NCBI GenBank assembly: GCA_963817435.1
Contig: CAWFNY010000004.1
Coordinates: 22,080-86,079, forward strand
Direction: 5' to 3'
DNA: 64,000 nucleotides
Source of the DNA: an uncultured Gemmatimonadales bacterium
GTDB taxonomy: Bacteria; Gemmatimonadota; Gemmatimonadetes; Gemmatimonadales; GWC2-71-9
Position 1 is the stretch's first letter; the number at the start of each line of letters is the position of its first letter. Position numbers and translations under genes: made by a program. Below the pieces are notes generated by a model. The model saw only the letters and a program-made list of their open reading frames with translations. It made no database searches and had not been told where the DNA came from. This document shows, piece by piece, positions 49,378 through 58,271 of this stretch.

Positions 49378-49833
49378 ATGATCCGGCTCATCAAGCGGTA
49401 TGGCGGCGGCAGCCGAAAGCTCTACGACACGGAAGAGAGCCGCTATGTCTCGCTCGACGAGATCGCGGTATGGATCCGGGACGGTCAGGAGTTGCAGGTG
49501 GTGGACAGCGCGACCGGGGAGGATGTGACCGGTCAGACTCTGGCGCAAATCATCTATGAAGATCACAAGCGCGGCTATTCATTCCTGCCGAGTGAATTCC
49601 TTCACGACCTGATTCGGCGTGGAGGGCGCGTGATCGCCGATGGTGTCGAACAGCTTCAGACCGGCGTGGATCGCATCGTGAAGGCTTCCGTCGACAAGAT
49701 CAGCCCGGTGGGCGGCATGCAGGATGAACTGGACCTGTTGCGTGAGCGGCTGGCGGAGCTGGAGCAATCGCTGGTGCAGCTTGAGGAGGCGCCGAAGGCC
49801 CGGAAGCCGAGACGCAAGAAAGTCAGGACTTAG
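49378..49833 (+). CDS. PhaR-like regulator with PHA-synthesis-regulator DNA-binding domain
   Basis: IKRYGGGSRKLYDTEESRYVSL...VVDSATGEDVTGQTLAQII; coiled-coil and basic tail. Confidence 0.85.
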   Translation: MIRLIKRYGGGSRKLYDTEESRYVSLDEIAVWIRDGQELQVVDSATGEDVTGQTLAQIIYEDHKRGYSFLPSEFLHDLIRRGGRVIADGVEQLQTGVDRIVKASVDKISPVGGMQDELDLLRERLAELEQSLVQLEEAPKARKPRRKKVRT

Positions 49834-49911
49834 GAATTCGCCCCACGTTTGTTGCACGTGTCACTCATAGCAGCGTCCGGCCCCCGATGGCCGGCAACCC
49901 CGGAGGAAACC

Positions 49912-50331
49912 ATGGCGGCCAAGAAGAATTCCAAGAAGACCCAGGCGCTCCCGATGCTGAAGGAGTCGGCCCACGAGATCTGGCTGGCTGGTCTGGGCGC
50001 GTTCGCGCTCGCCGGCGAAGAGGGCGGCAAGCTCTTCGGTCAGCTCGTGAAGAAGGGTGAAGGCATGGAGAAGATGAACAAGGCGCGGATCAGCAACCTC
50101 GTGAGCCGTGCGGGTGATCTGCAGGGTGATGCGAAGCATGCCGTCGCCCGGCTCACCACGCCGATCGAGGCGGGTATGACCAATGCGATGCATCGCCTCG
50201 GCGTCCCGACCCGCAAGGAGATCGCGACCCTGACCAAGCGGGTCGAGGAACTGACCCGGGTGGTTGCCAAGAAGACCAATGGGCGGAAGGCGACCCGTCG
50301 TGTTCCGAAGGTTGCTCACGCCCGCGCCTGA
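49912..50331 (+). CDS. Phasin family granule-associated protein
   Basis: IWLAGLGAF, LFGQLVKKGE, LGVPTRKEIATLTKRVEEL (PhaF/PhaI-like). Confidence 0.88.
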   Translation: MAAKKNSKKTQALPMLKESAHEIWLAGLGAFALAGEEGGKLFGQLVKKGEGMEKMNKARISNLVSRAGDLQGDAKHAVARLTTPIEAGMTNAMHRLGVPTRKEIATLTKRVEELTRVVAKKTNGRKATRRVPKVAHARA

Positions 50332-50342
50332 GTGAGGTCCAT

Positions 50343-51584
50343 ATGACCACCGCGCGCCGAGGGCGGCGGGGTAGCCGGCTGGGGCTTGCCCTGGCCGGCG
50401 GGGGTCCGGCGGGTGCCGTCTATGAGATTGGCGCCCTCCGGGCCCTCGAGGAAGCGATCGAGGGCCTCGATCTGAACCAATGCGAGGTCTACGTCGGCGT
50501 CAGCGCGGGCGCATTCGTTGCCGCCTCGATGGCCAATGGGCAGACTTCCGAGCAGCTGGTTCGCGGTCTCGTGACCGATGAGCCGGGCGAACACCCCTTT
50601 GATCCAACCAGTTTCTTCAAGCCGGCCTACGGGGAGTGGATCCGCCGCGGGATGCAGCTCCCGGGGCTCATCGCCCATGCGGTGTGGCAAGTCTCCAACG
50701 CGCCACACGAAGAAACGCTGATGAAGTCGCTGGTCCGTGTCTCCCGGGCCCTTCCGCTCGGTCTGTTTGACAACGAACCGATCCGGCGGCACCTCGAACG
50801 GACCTTCGCGATCCGGGGTCGCACCAACGACTTCCGGAAGCTCAAACGGAAGCTCCGCGTGGTCTCGGCGGACCTGGAGGCGGGCACCCCGATCGTCTTC
50901 GGGTCCGAGGGATGGGACCATGTCCCGATCTCCCGTGCCGTTCAGGCGAGCACCGCGGTGCCCGGGCTCTATCCACCGGTCGAGATCGATGACCGCCTGT
51001 GCGTGGATGGCGTGCTGCTCAAGACGCTGCACGCTTCGGTGGCCCTCGAGGCCGGGGCAGACCTCCTGCTTTGCGTGAATCCTCTGGTGCCGGTGAATCT
51101 GTCGGCTGGAGAGATCCGGGGTGAACTTCCGCGTGGCGCCCTGATGCGGCGCGGAATCCCGGCGATCCTCTCTCAGACCTTCCGCACCATGATCCACTCG
51201 CGGATGGTGGTTGGGATGGCTGGCTATCGCAATCGGTATCCCGGTGCGGATGTGGTGCTATTCGAGCCGGAGCGCAGCGAGTACGGTCTCTTCTTCAGCA
51301 ATATCTTCAGCTTCGCCTCTCGCAGGGAAATCTGTCAGATCGGCTATTCCGCCACCCGCCGGGACCTGTGGCGCCGGCGCGCGGAGCTGGAGCCGATGCT
51401 CAAGCGGCATGGCTTCCGGCTGAAGACCGAACTGCTCGAAAATCCGGAGCAGGATATCTGGAAGGCAGTCGGGATTACCAGGAAGGGATACTCCGCGCCG
51501 GTGACAGACCGGCTTTCGACGGTGCTCGAACGTCTGGAGGCCCGGAGCCGTCCCCGCCGTCGTCCTGCACGACGCACCGCGTAG
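50343..51584 (+). CDS. Patatin-like phospholipase/lipase
   Basis: LAGGGPAG, GVSAG, ASTAVPG, DGV. Confidence 0.9.
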   Translation: MTTARRGRRGSRLGLALAGGGPAGAVYEIGALRALEEAIEGLDLNQCEVYVGVSAGAFVAASMANGQTSEQLVRGLVTDEPGEHPFDPTSFFKPAYGEWIRRGMQLPGLIAHAVWQVSNAPHEETLMKSLVRVSRALPLGLFDNEPIRRHLERTFAIRGRTNDFRKLKRKLRVVSADLEAGTPIVFGSEGWDHVPISRAVQASTAVPGLYPPVEIDDRLCVDGVLLKTLHASVALEAGADLLLCVNPLVPVNLSAGEIRGELPRGALMRRGIPAILSQTFRTMIHSRMVVGMAGYRNRYPGADVVLFEPERSEYGLFFSNIFSFASRREICQIGYSATRRDLWRRRAELEPMLKRHGFRLKTELLENPEQDIWKAVGITRKGYSAPVTDRLSTVLERLEARSRPRRRPARRTA

Positions 51585-51607
51585 ACGCGCCCGCCGGGCG
51601 CGTCTAC
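51581..51607. terminator. Bidirectional hairpin spanning the convergent stops of patatin and WS/DGAT
   Basis: gtagacgcgccc-gcc-gggcgcgtctac, a 12-bp stem containing both stop codons. Confidence 0.65.
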
Positions 51608-52893
51608 AGCGTGCGGAGGGCCTCGAGTTCTTCCTCGAACGCGCGCATGAGTACGCGGGCATCCGGCACCAGGACGGTATCCGCCAGGATGCCCACCTGG
51701 ACGTGCCCCGCGAAACTCAGGATTGAAATTCCCACGCCGATATCGGCGCGCTGCGGTACCCAGAACATCAGGCCCCGCACCCGTCGTCCCGCCAGGATCA
51801 GCTCCCGCTGCGGCCCGGGCACGTTGGTCACCACGGCCGTGCACTTGTTGGCGAGGAAGTCGATGAGTCCGCGACTGACCCCCTGCGGCAGCAGGGTCAG
51901 CATCGCGTGCTGGATGCCGTACACCACGATCGGCACCACCGACTGCTTGAGGGCATCCATCTGGACCTTCACCGCCCGGACCCGATCGCCGATATGCTCG
52001 ATGCCGGCCGGCAACTCGAGTGGCACCGCCGCGAACCGATTCTCGAGCCGCAGCGGCTCTTCCGCCGACCGGATATTGACCGGCATCGAGATATGCAGTT
52101 TGCGGATCGTCTGGCCGGCCTGGGTGGCGAGGTAGCGGCTGAACGCACCCGATACGACCGCCATCAGCACGTCGTTGACCGTGGCATCCAGTCGCTGACG
52201 TGCCTGCTTCACGACGGCCAGGTCGAAGGGCGCGGTCCAGGCGACCTGCTTCCGGCCGGAAACCTTCGCGCCGTGCAGTGCATGGCGGTCCGGCTGCCAG
52301 AGCAGCCGCCTGAGGAGGATTCCCGGTGCAGCCAGCGGTACGCGGATCGCCCTCAGGAATCCCTTGCCCAATGCGCCAGCCGCGGGGCGGATCCGGTCTT
52401 TCGCCGGTACCGTCTCATGCTCCGAGGTCATCTCTTCCATCAGTGCGAAGATGACCGCGATCAGCGCGATCCCGTCGCCAATGCTGTGGTGAATCCGCGC
52501 GAGGATCACGCTCGATTCGGTCCCGTAACTCTCGATCACCTGGAACTGCCAGGGCGGGCGATCGGCCGGCAGCGGCGTCGAGGCTTCCTCGCCTAGATAC
52601 CGCTGCAGTTCTTCGATGGTGGCGAGCTCGTTCTCCCGGGCGGGGATCACGTGCCGCCTGATATCGAATTCGGGGTCTCGCTCCCAGTACGGCGCTCCGC
52701 GGACATGGATGACCCGATCGCGAAAGCGCGCGTACTGCGTCCCGCCACCGGCGTCGATCACCCGGCTCTGGAAGGTCTCACGGAAGGTGGCCAGGTCGAT
52801 CTGGTCGGTGATGAAGACCCCGTTGATCACCATCAGATTCGTGGCGGTATCCTGCAGCCACACCGCATCGTGTCCCGAGACTCGTTCGCGCAT
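51604..52893 (-). CDS. Wax ester synthase/diacylglycerol acyltransferase (WS/DGAT)
   Basis: DAVWL, RPPWQ, HHSIGDG (HHxxxDG), TVNDV, MPVNIR, TNVPGP, SFAG. Confidence 0.92.
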   Translation of the reverse strand: MRERVSGHDAVWLQDTATNLMVINGVFITDQIDLATFRETFQSRVIDAGGGTQYARFRDRVIHVRGAPYWERDPEFDIRRHVIPARENELATIEELQRYLGEEASTPLPADRPPWQFQVIESYGTESSVILARIHHSIGDGIALIAVIFALMEEMTSEHETVPAKDRIRPAAGALGKGFLRAIRVPLAAPGILLRRLLWQPDRHALHGAKVSGRKQVAWTAPFDLAVVKQARQRLDATVNDVLMAVVSGAFSRYLATQAGQTIRKLHISMPVNIRSAEEPLRLENRFAAVPLELPAGIEHIGDRVRAVKVQMDALKQSVVPIVVYGIQHAMLTLLPQGVSRGLIDFLANKCTAVVTNVPGPQRELILAGRRVRGLMFWVPQRADIGVGISILSFAGHVQVGILADTVLVPDARVLMRAFEEELEALRTL

Positions 52894-52897
52894 CGAC

Positions 52898-54577
52898 TCA
52901 GCTCCGGCGGATGGCGAGAAAGAAGGCGATGACGAACAGCCCGCTCCAGACCGGCCATGGGGCGGCGAAGCCCATCGCGATGGCCCCCGCCACGAGACAG
53001 GAGCCTGCGATCAGCGTCCCCCGCAAACCCTTGAGGGGATTCTCCGTTGGCTGATGGGCGACTCGCTCGAGCACCCTGAGTCCGTCGGTGACCAGGAGCG
53101 GCATCTTGGCCATGGCGTCGACCATGTCCGGCGCGCCCCGCATGCCCTCGGTCAACAGCCGAAGCGGGCTGAACTGCTGGATGAACAGGGCGCGGATATG
53201 CTTCTTCGACACCTCGGCGACGTCGAAGCCGGGGAGCAGGACATGGCCGACGCCCTCGAAGGTCACCAGTGCCTTGACCATCAGCACCAGTTCGACGGGG
53301 AAGTACATCCCATGCTGCGCGCCGCGGCTCAGCGAGTCGAGGATGAGCTGTCCCAGCGAATATCCCTCGAAGGTCGAGGTGCGCTTCCAGCGGTTGGCGA
53401 TCTCGGCGACCTCACGCCGGAAGGCCGCCGGATTGGCATCCGGGCCCGGCTTGGCGATGGCCGAGAGATAGCGCGCGGAATTGTCGGCGTCCCCCATGAC
53501 CAGCGCGAAGTAGTAGTAGAGCAGCGCCCGCCGCAGATCCTCGTCGAGGCGCCCCACCATGCCGAGATCGATGAAGCCGATCTGCGGGCCGGGAAGGATC
53601 ATCAGGTTGCCCGGGTGCAGGTCGGCGTGGAAGAAGCCGTCGCGGTAGAGCATCCTGATGATCGACTCGGCGCCGCGGTCGGTCAGGTGCCGGCGCTCTT
53701 CCTCTGGGAGGGCCTGGGCCTCCTCGGAATCGGGGCGGATTCCGTCGAAGAACTCCATGGTGAGCACGCTGCGGCCCGAGAGGTCGCGGTAGATCGCGGG
53801 GAAGACCACGTCGGGGGTGTCGGCGAAATTAGCCGCAAAGGTCTCCGCGTTGTCAGCCTCCCGGCGCAGGTCGACCTCGCGCAGGGTGTAATCGGAGAAC
53901 TCGGTGACCAGCTGCTTGGGCTGATAGCGGGGGATGATCAGTTCTGCCAGGCTGCCTAGGAGACCGAGGAGCTTCGCGTCGCGCTGCAGCGTCTCCCGGA
54001 TGCCCGGCTTGACCACCTTGATGACGACCGGGTCGCCATCGTTGGTCGTGGCCCGGTGGGTCTGGCCGATCGAGGCGGATCCGAGCGGGATCGGATCGAT
54101 CTGCAGGAAGAGCTCCGCGACCGGGCGGTGCAGGTCCCTCTCGATAATGGAAGTCAGCACCGGCAGTGGCACCACCGGCAGCTGATTGAGAAGCGACCTG
54201 AGTTCGGTGGTGATGCTCTTCGGGAGCAGGTCTTCCCGGAGACTCAGGATCTGTCCCAGCTTGATGTAGGTGGGCCCGAGCCGCTCGAGCCGGCGGCGGA
54301 ACTGCACCGCGAACGGCTGGGCGCGCAGCTCGCGATCCACGAAGGGCGCGGAGACCGCCGCCACCAGCCGGATCAGCAGGAACTTGAAGCCGCGGCCGGT
54401 GCCCTCCTCCCGTTCGTGCCGGACGTAGGCGGCCAGGCCCCCGAAGAGCAGACCGAGGAAGTGCCGGTAGGTCGCCGCGAAGCGGGTGAGCAGGCCCGGT
54501 GGCCGCGTCACCCGCATGATCTCGAAGCCGTGGGCGCGGAGCAGGTCCTCGTTCGACGGGTCAGCGATTGCGGCCAT
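52898..54577 (-). CDS. ABC1/UbiB/AarF family atypical kinase
   Basis: LGPTYIKLGQILS, LGSASIGQTH, VIKV, GFFHADLHPGN, IDLGMVG. Confidence 0.92.
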   Translation of the reverse strand: MAAIADPSNEDLLRAHGFEIMRVTRPPGLLTRFAATYRHFLGLLFGGLAAYVRHEREEGTGRGFKFLLIRLVAAVSAPFVDRELRAQPFAVQFRRRLERLGPTYIKLGQILSLREDLLPKSITTELRSLLNQLPVVPLPVLTSIIERDLHRPVAELFLQIDPIPLGSASIGQTHRATTNDGDPVVIKVVKPGIRETLQRDAKLLGLLGSLAELIIPRYQPKQLVTEFSDYTLREVDLRREADNAETFAANFADTPDVVFPAIYRDLSGRSVLTMEFFDGIRPDSEEAQALPEEERRHLTDRGAESIIRMLYRDGFFHADLHPGNLMILPGPQIGFIDLGMVGRLDEDLRRALLYYYFALVMGDADNSARYLSAIAKPGPDANPAAFRREVAEIANRWKRTSTFEGYSLGQLILDSLSRGAQHGMYFPVELVLMVKALVTFEGVGHVLLPGFDVAEVSKKHIRALFIQQFSPLRLLTEGMRGAPDMVDAMAKMPLLVTDGLRVLERVAHQPTENPLKGLRGTLIAGSCLVAGAIAMGFAAPWPVWSGLFVIAFFLAIRRS

Positions 54578-56102
54578 ACTCCTCGTGCGACGAGACCCAT
54601 TCCAGCGATGAGATCGCGGCTGCCAGCGAAATCTCGCCCGCCAGCACCACGCCGGCCACGATCTCGGCGAACTTGTTCACCTTTCCCTTGCCGACGCAGC
54701 CGAGCACCCCAAGGCATTCCCGCTGAGTGGGGAGATGGGTGCCGCCGCCGTGGGTTGCGACGATGAGTGATGGAATGGTGATCGACAGATACAGATCCTT
54801 CTCCGCGGTGAGCTCGGTGTAGACGATGCCCGCCGAACCTTCCGCGACGTTGGCGACGTCCTGTCCGGTCGCGATGAACATCGCCGTGATCGCATTGGGC
54901 GAATGGAGGCCGTTGTTGTTGGCGCCCGACAGGATTGCCCCGATATTGGCGACCCCCCAATGGTAATGGAGGCTCTCCGGCTCCACCCGCATCACCTCCA
55001 GCAGGACATCCCGCTTGATCACGCATTCCGCCGTCACCCGCTTGCCGCGGGTGCGCATGAGGTTCACCTGGGAGGCCTTCTTGTCCGTGGCGAGGTTGGA
55101 CTCCAGGTAGAACCGCCGGATGGACTTGTTGTTCTCCAGGATCCAGCTGCTGGCGGCGTAGGTGGCGCGCCCCACCATGTTCTGGCCCGCCGCGTCGCCG
55201 GTGAAATAGTTGAAGCGCAGGAACGCGAACTTGCTCGCCAGATAGGTGTCGATGTACTGCAGCTTGCCGACACGGGTAGTGGCCTCCGCCTCGCGACGGA
55301 TATCGTCCATGTGGGCGTCCACCCAGTCCCGGAAGGCGCGGGCCTCCCGCGCCGTATCGAACACGAAGACCGGCGCCCGCTGCATGTGATCTCCCTGGAT
55401 GGTGCAGACCGCGCCACCGCAGAGGTTGAGCACCTTCATGCCCCGGTTGTAGCTCGCGACGAGTGTGCCCTCTGTCGTGGCCAGCGGGATGACATATTCG
55501 CCGGTGGCGTACTCGCCATTGATCTTGAGCGGACCCGCGAAGCCCAGCGGAACCTGGGCGACGCCGGTGAAGTTCTCGATGTTGCCCCTGGTCTCAAGGG
55601 GGTCGAAGGACTGCTTGTCGACGTGATCGAGCTTGGTGCCGCTGAACTCCTCCACCCAGCGCTGGCGCTTCGAAACGACCTCCCGGGAGTAGTTGTCCTC
55701 CTTGGAGTACGGCACCGCCTTGGGACGGGCCAGCGGGGCGGCGACGTGGTCCTTCACCTTGACGGTGAGCGCGCCGACGCCCTTGACCTCGATCCCGATC
55801 TCGATGTCGACCGTGCCGTCCGGCAGCGTGCGGCCCGGGACGCGCAGGTGGGCCACTCGGCGGAGCGGGAATTCCTCCGGTCGTTCCGGTGTCACCTCAG
55901 TGGCCGGGCGCCAGTGACCGTCGCCCAGGTCTACCTGCAGGTCCTTCGCCAGGATTTCGAGTTCATTGAGTCGCAGGCGCGCGATCCCGATCAGCGTGAC
56001 GTCGCTCAGGCGGTTCTTGAGGCTGAGGCGGCAGCCGTCCGGATCGTTGACGAGCGAGCCGAACGTGTACATCTGGCGCAGGAGCAACTGGGGGATCTTC
56101 AT
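54561..56102 (-). CDS. hmgA: Class I HMG-CoA reductase with an extra ~135-aa N-terminal domain
   Basis: IENFTG, PLATTEGTLVAS, TGDAAGQNM, DKK, TGQDVAN, C-terminal His (SHEEYGRNR). Confidence 0.88.
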   Translation of the reverse strand: MKIPQLLLRQMYTFGSLVNDPDGCRLSLKNRLSDVTLIGIARLRLNELEILAKDLQVDLGDGHWRPATEVTPERPEEFPLRRVAHLRVPGRTLPDGTVDIEIGIEVKGVGALTVKVKDHVAAPLARPKAVPYSKEDNYSREVVSKRQRWVEEFSGTKLDHVDKQSFDPLETRGNIENFTGVAQVPLGFAGPLKINGEYATGEYVIPLATTEGTLVASYNRGMKVLNLCGGAVCTIQGDHMQRAPVFVFDTAREARAFRDWVDAHMDDIRREAEATTRVGKLQYIDTYLASKFAFLRFNYFTGDAAGQNMVGRATYAASSWILENNKSIRRFYLESNLATDKKASQVNLMRTRGKRVTAECVIKRDVLLEVMRVEPESLHYHWGVANIGAILSGANNNGLHSPNAITAMFIATGQDVANVAEGSAGIVYTELTAEKDLYLSITIPSLIVATHGGGTHLPTQRECLGVLGCVGKGKVNKFAEIVAGVVLAGEISLAAAISSLEWVSSHEEYGRNR

Positions 56103-56165
56103 GGATTGGTCCGGAAGATGTGGTCCGAGGCTCTAATGTGTCATACGATGCGACCCACCGCCAAC

Positions 56166-56981
56166 TCAGCCCTCCCAGGGCAGGGTGCCGGTCTCGAGTC
56201 CGCGCAGCAGCGCGGCGACTTCCAAGGGCCGCTCGGTCGGCACGGCGTGGCCCACGCCGGGATAGGAAATCAGCCGTGAGTGGGGCAGCCGGCGGTGCAT
56301 CGCCAGCGACCACCGGGGCCGCAGCACCTTGTCGGCCGAGCCGGAGATGATCAGCGTCGGTGTCTGCAGTTCCCCCAGCTGCTCGAGCAGCGAGGGGCGC
56401 CGGGCGACCGCCCGCAGCGCCTGTACCAGCGCCGGGGCGCGCATGGCGCGGACCACGCTTTCCCAGCGGGTGACCTCGCCTGGATTCCGCTTCCGGAAGG
56501 CCGGGCTGAAGGCGCTGCGCGAGGCCTCGTGAGCGAGGAATTTCGGCGCGCCGGCGATTTCGATGATTTTCGCGAGCGCCTTGATCTCCGCGACCCGCAC
56601 CAGTTCCTCCGCCGCGGCGCTGGTGCCGATCAGCGCGAGTCCGCGCAGCCGGTCACGGTGCCGCAGCGCGAAATCCGCAGCCGCCATGCCGCCCATGCTG
56701 AAGCCCGCGAGGATGAGCTTCGGGAGGCTGAGTTGCTGCACGATCGCGAACAGGTCGTCGGCGAGGTCGGCGATCGTCCAGGGCGTGGCCGGAACGTCGC
56801 TGCGCCCGTGCCCGCGGAGGTCAGGCACCACCACCCGGTGGTCGCGCGCCAGTTCGTCGCGGAGCTTCGCGAACATGCCGGCATCGCACCACATGCCGTG
56901 CGCGAGAAGCACCACCGGCCCCGTGCCGACGTCGTCGACGCAGAGCCGGAGATCTCCGCGCGTGATCCAGCGCTCGGTCAC
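56166..56981 (-). CDS. Alpha/beta hydrolase
   Basis: LAHG, PDLRGHGRS, GFSMGG, GSAD, GVGH. Confidence 0.9.
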   Translation of the reverse strand: MTERWITRGDLRLCVDDVGTGPVVLLAHGMWCDAGMFAKLRDELARDHRVVVPDLRGHGRSDVPATPWTIADLADDLFAIVQQLSLPKLILAGFSMGGMAAADFALRHRDRLRGLALIGTSAAAEELVRVAEIKALAKIIEIAGAPKFLAHEASRSAFSPAFRKRNPGEVTRWESVVRAMRAPALVQALRAVARRPSLLEQLGELQTPTLIISGSADKVLRPRWSLAMHRRLPHSRLISYPGVGHAVPTERPLEVAALLRGLETGTLPWEG

Positions 56982-57036
56982 GCGGACGGCGCCGTCGGGG
57001 CGCCCACTTCGGGGGCGCCAATGAAGCTGAGTCGCA

Positions 57037-57657
57037 TCAGCGGCTGTCCTCAAGGGAATGGAGATCGTCCGGCGTGTCCACGTCGGGATTGGCGCCGGGC
57101 ACATCAACGGTCGTGATCGCCTCGGGGCGGTCACGGACGACCGGACCGAGTCCCGTGTCTCCACGTAGCGAGTCCGCCAGCGGCCAGAGCGAACGGTCGA
57201 GAAGGACCGGATGTCCCGGCGCGTCGCGGTGCAGGGCATACCGCGGCCGCACGCTCAGCCCCGTCTCCCGCCATCGCGCGACGAGCGTGCTGATGGTGCT
57301 GGTACGGAGCAGCGGCTGGTCCGCCAGCACGATCAGCGCGGCATCCGCCCGGGGCTCCACCCCGGAGAGTGCGGCCAGACCACGCCTAAGAGAGGTGGCG
57401 AGGCCGGCGCCGGCGTCCGGATTCTCGACGATCTGGAGTCCTGCCATTTCCAGCGCCCACACGAGCGCAGTTGAGTGTGGCGGCACGACCGCGACTCCTC
57501 CCGCGAGCACGCCACCGAAGATGGCCTCCGCCACCGTGGTCGCGACGTGGGAGATCAGCGCTCGCCCCTGGAATGGCGCGAGCAGCTTGTCGCCGCCGAA
57601 GCGGGAACCGGCCCCTGCGGCCAGGACGACGGCGTACGGAGCCGGCTGGGTCATCAT
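57037..57657 (-). CDS. MocA/MobA-like molybdenum cofactor nucleotidyltransferase
   Basis: VVLAAGAGSRFGGDKLL, GLATSL, LADQP, GHPVL, GDTG, DVDTPDD. Confidence 0.88.
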   Translation of the reverse strand: MMTQPAPYAVVLAAGAGSRFGGDKLLAPFQGRALISHVATTVAEAIFGGVLAGGVAVVPPHSTALVWALEMAGLQIVENPDAGAGLATSLRRGLAALSGVEPRADAALIVLADQPLLRTSTISTLVARWRETGLSVRPRYALHRDAPGHPVLLDRSLWPLADSLRGDTGLGPVVRDRPEAITTVDVPGANPDVDTPDDLHSLEDSR

Positions 57658-57702
57658 CCCGTGCTCAGCCGCGGTGGACGCTGCCGCGCCTCCGCTGTCC
57701 TG

Positions 57703-57804
57703 TCAGGCGCCCGCACGCGCGTCCGCGGTCTCGACGAGTGCGCGAGGCTCCGCGAGCACGGTACGAGGCTGGCCGTTGGTGTGCAGGGTGACGCGGCGTG
57801 GCAT
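57703..57804 (-). pseudogene. 33-aa remnant resembling the N-terminus of a CoxS/XdhA-type (2Fe-2S) subunit
   Basis: MPRRVTLHTNGQPRTVLAEPRALVE...; stops before any Cys; lies just upstream of the mocA-like gene. Confidence 0.45.
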
Positions 57805-58014
57805 GCGTCGGCATCCTCAGGCGGCAGGTTCGACTCGGCGTCGCGGCATGACGCGTGACGGCGGGATGGACGGTGAGAAGCGTGGCGCGCGCGGGGTGGC
57901 TCCCGGGCCGCGTAGGCTACCGCTGGCTGGAAGGGCGGTCAAGGCAGCCGGGACGATTTTGTAAGCCTCCTTCACCCGCGGGAAACTGCCCGGAAATTCT
58001 GCGGGATGCCCCCC

Positions 58015-58043
58015 TTGACCGGAAACTGAGGACCCGGTAGGAT
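58015..58043 (+). promoter_or_regulatory. Sigma70-type promoter
   Basis: TTGACC (58015-58020), 17-nt spacer, TAGGAT (58038-58043). Confidence 0.75.
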
Positions 58044-58053
58044 ATGCGTCCCT

Positions 58054-58125
58054 ATGTATACGCGCCTGAATAGCAATCGCAATCGAAACTCGAACCGCTT
58101 CCTCGGGGAGACGGGTCGGGCGTAG
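58054..58125 (+). CDS. Asn-rich leader peptide MYTRLNSNRNRNSNRFLGETGRA (23 aa)
   Basis: Read directly; five Asn codons at alternating positions. Starts about 4 nt after the inferred transcription start (leaderless). Confidence 0.7.
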   Translation: MYTRLNSNRNRNSNRFLGETGRA

Positions 58126-58189
58126 GCGATTTGCGGATCGCGCTGTGACGCCAGGGACCCGTCGCTCGAGCGGCGGGTCTTCTTGTTTG
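58095..58189 (+). terminator. Attenuator with pause, antiterminator and terminator helices
   Basis: Terminator gacccgtcgc-tcga-gcggcgggtc + ttcttgttt (58157-58189). gacgggtc (58110-58117) is the exact complement of gacccgtc (58157-58164). Confidence 0.75.
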
Positions 58190-58271
58190 TCCGGTCGGTC
58201 GCAGGGCCGGATCGGCAGTTCAGGGAGTGCCAGGGTCGGCCGATACTCAGGCCGGACTGATGGATGCCCCT

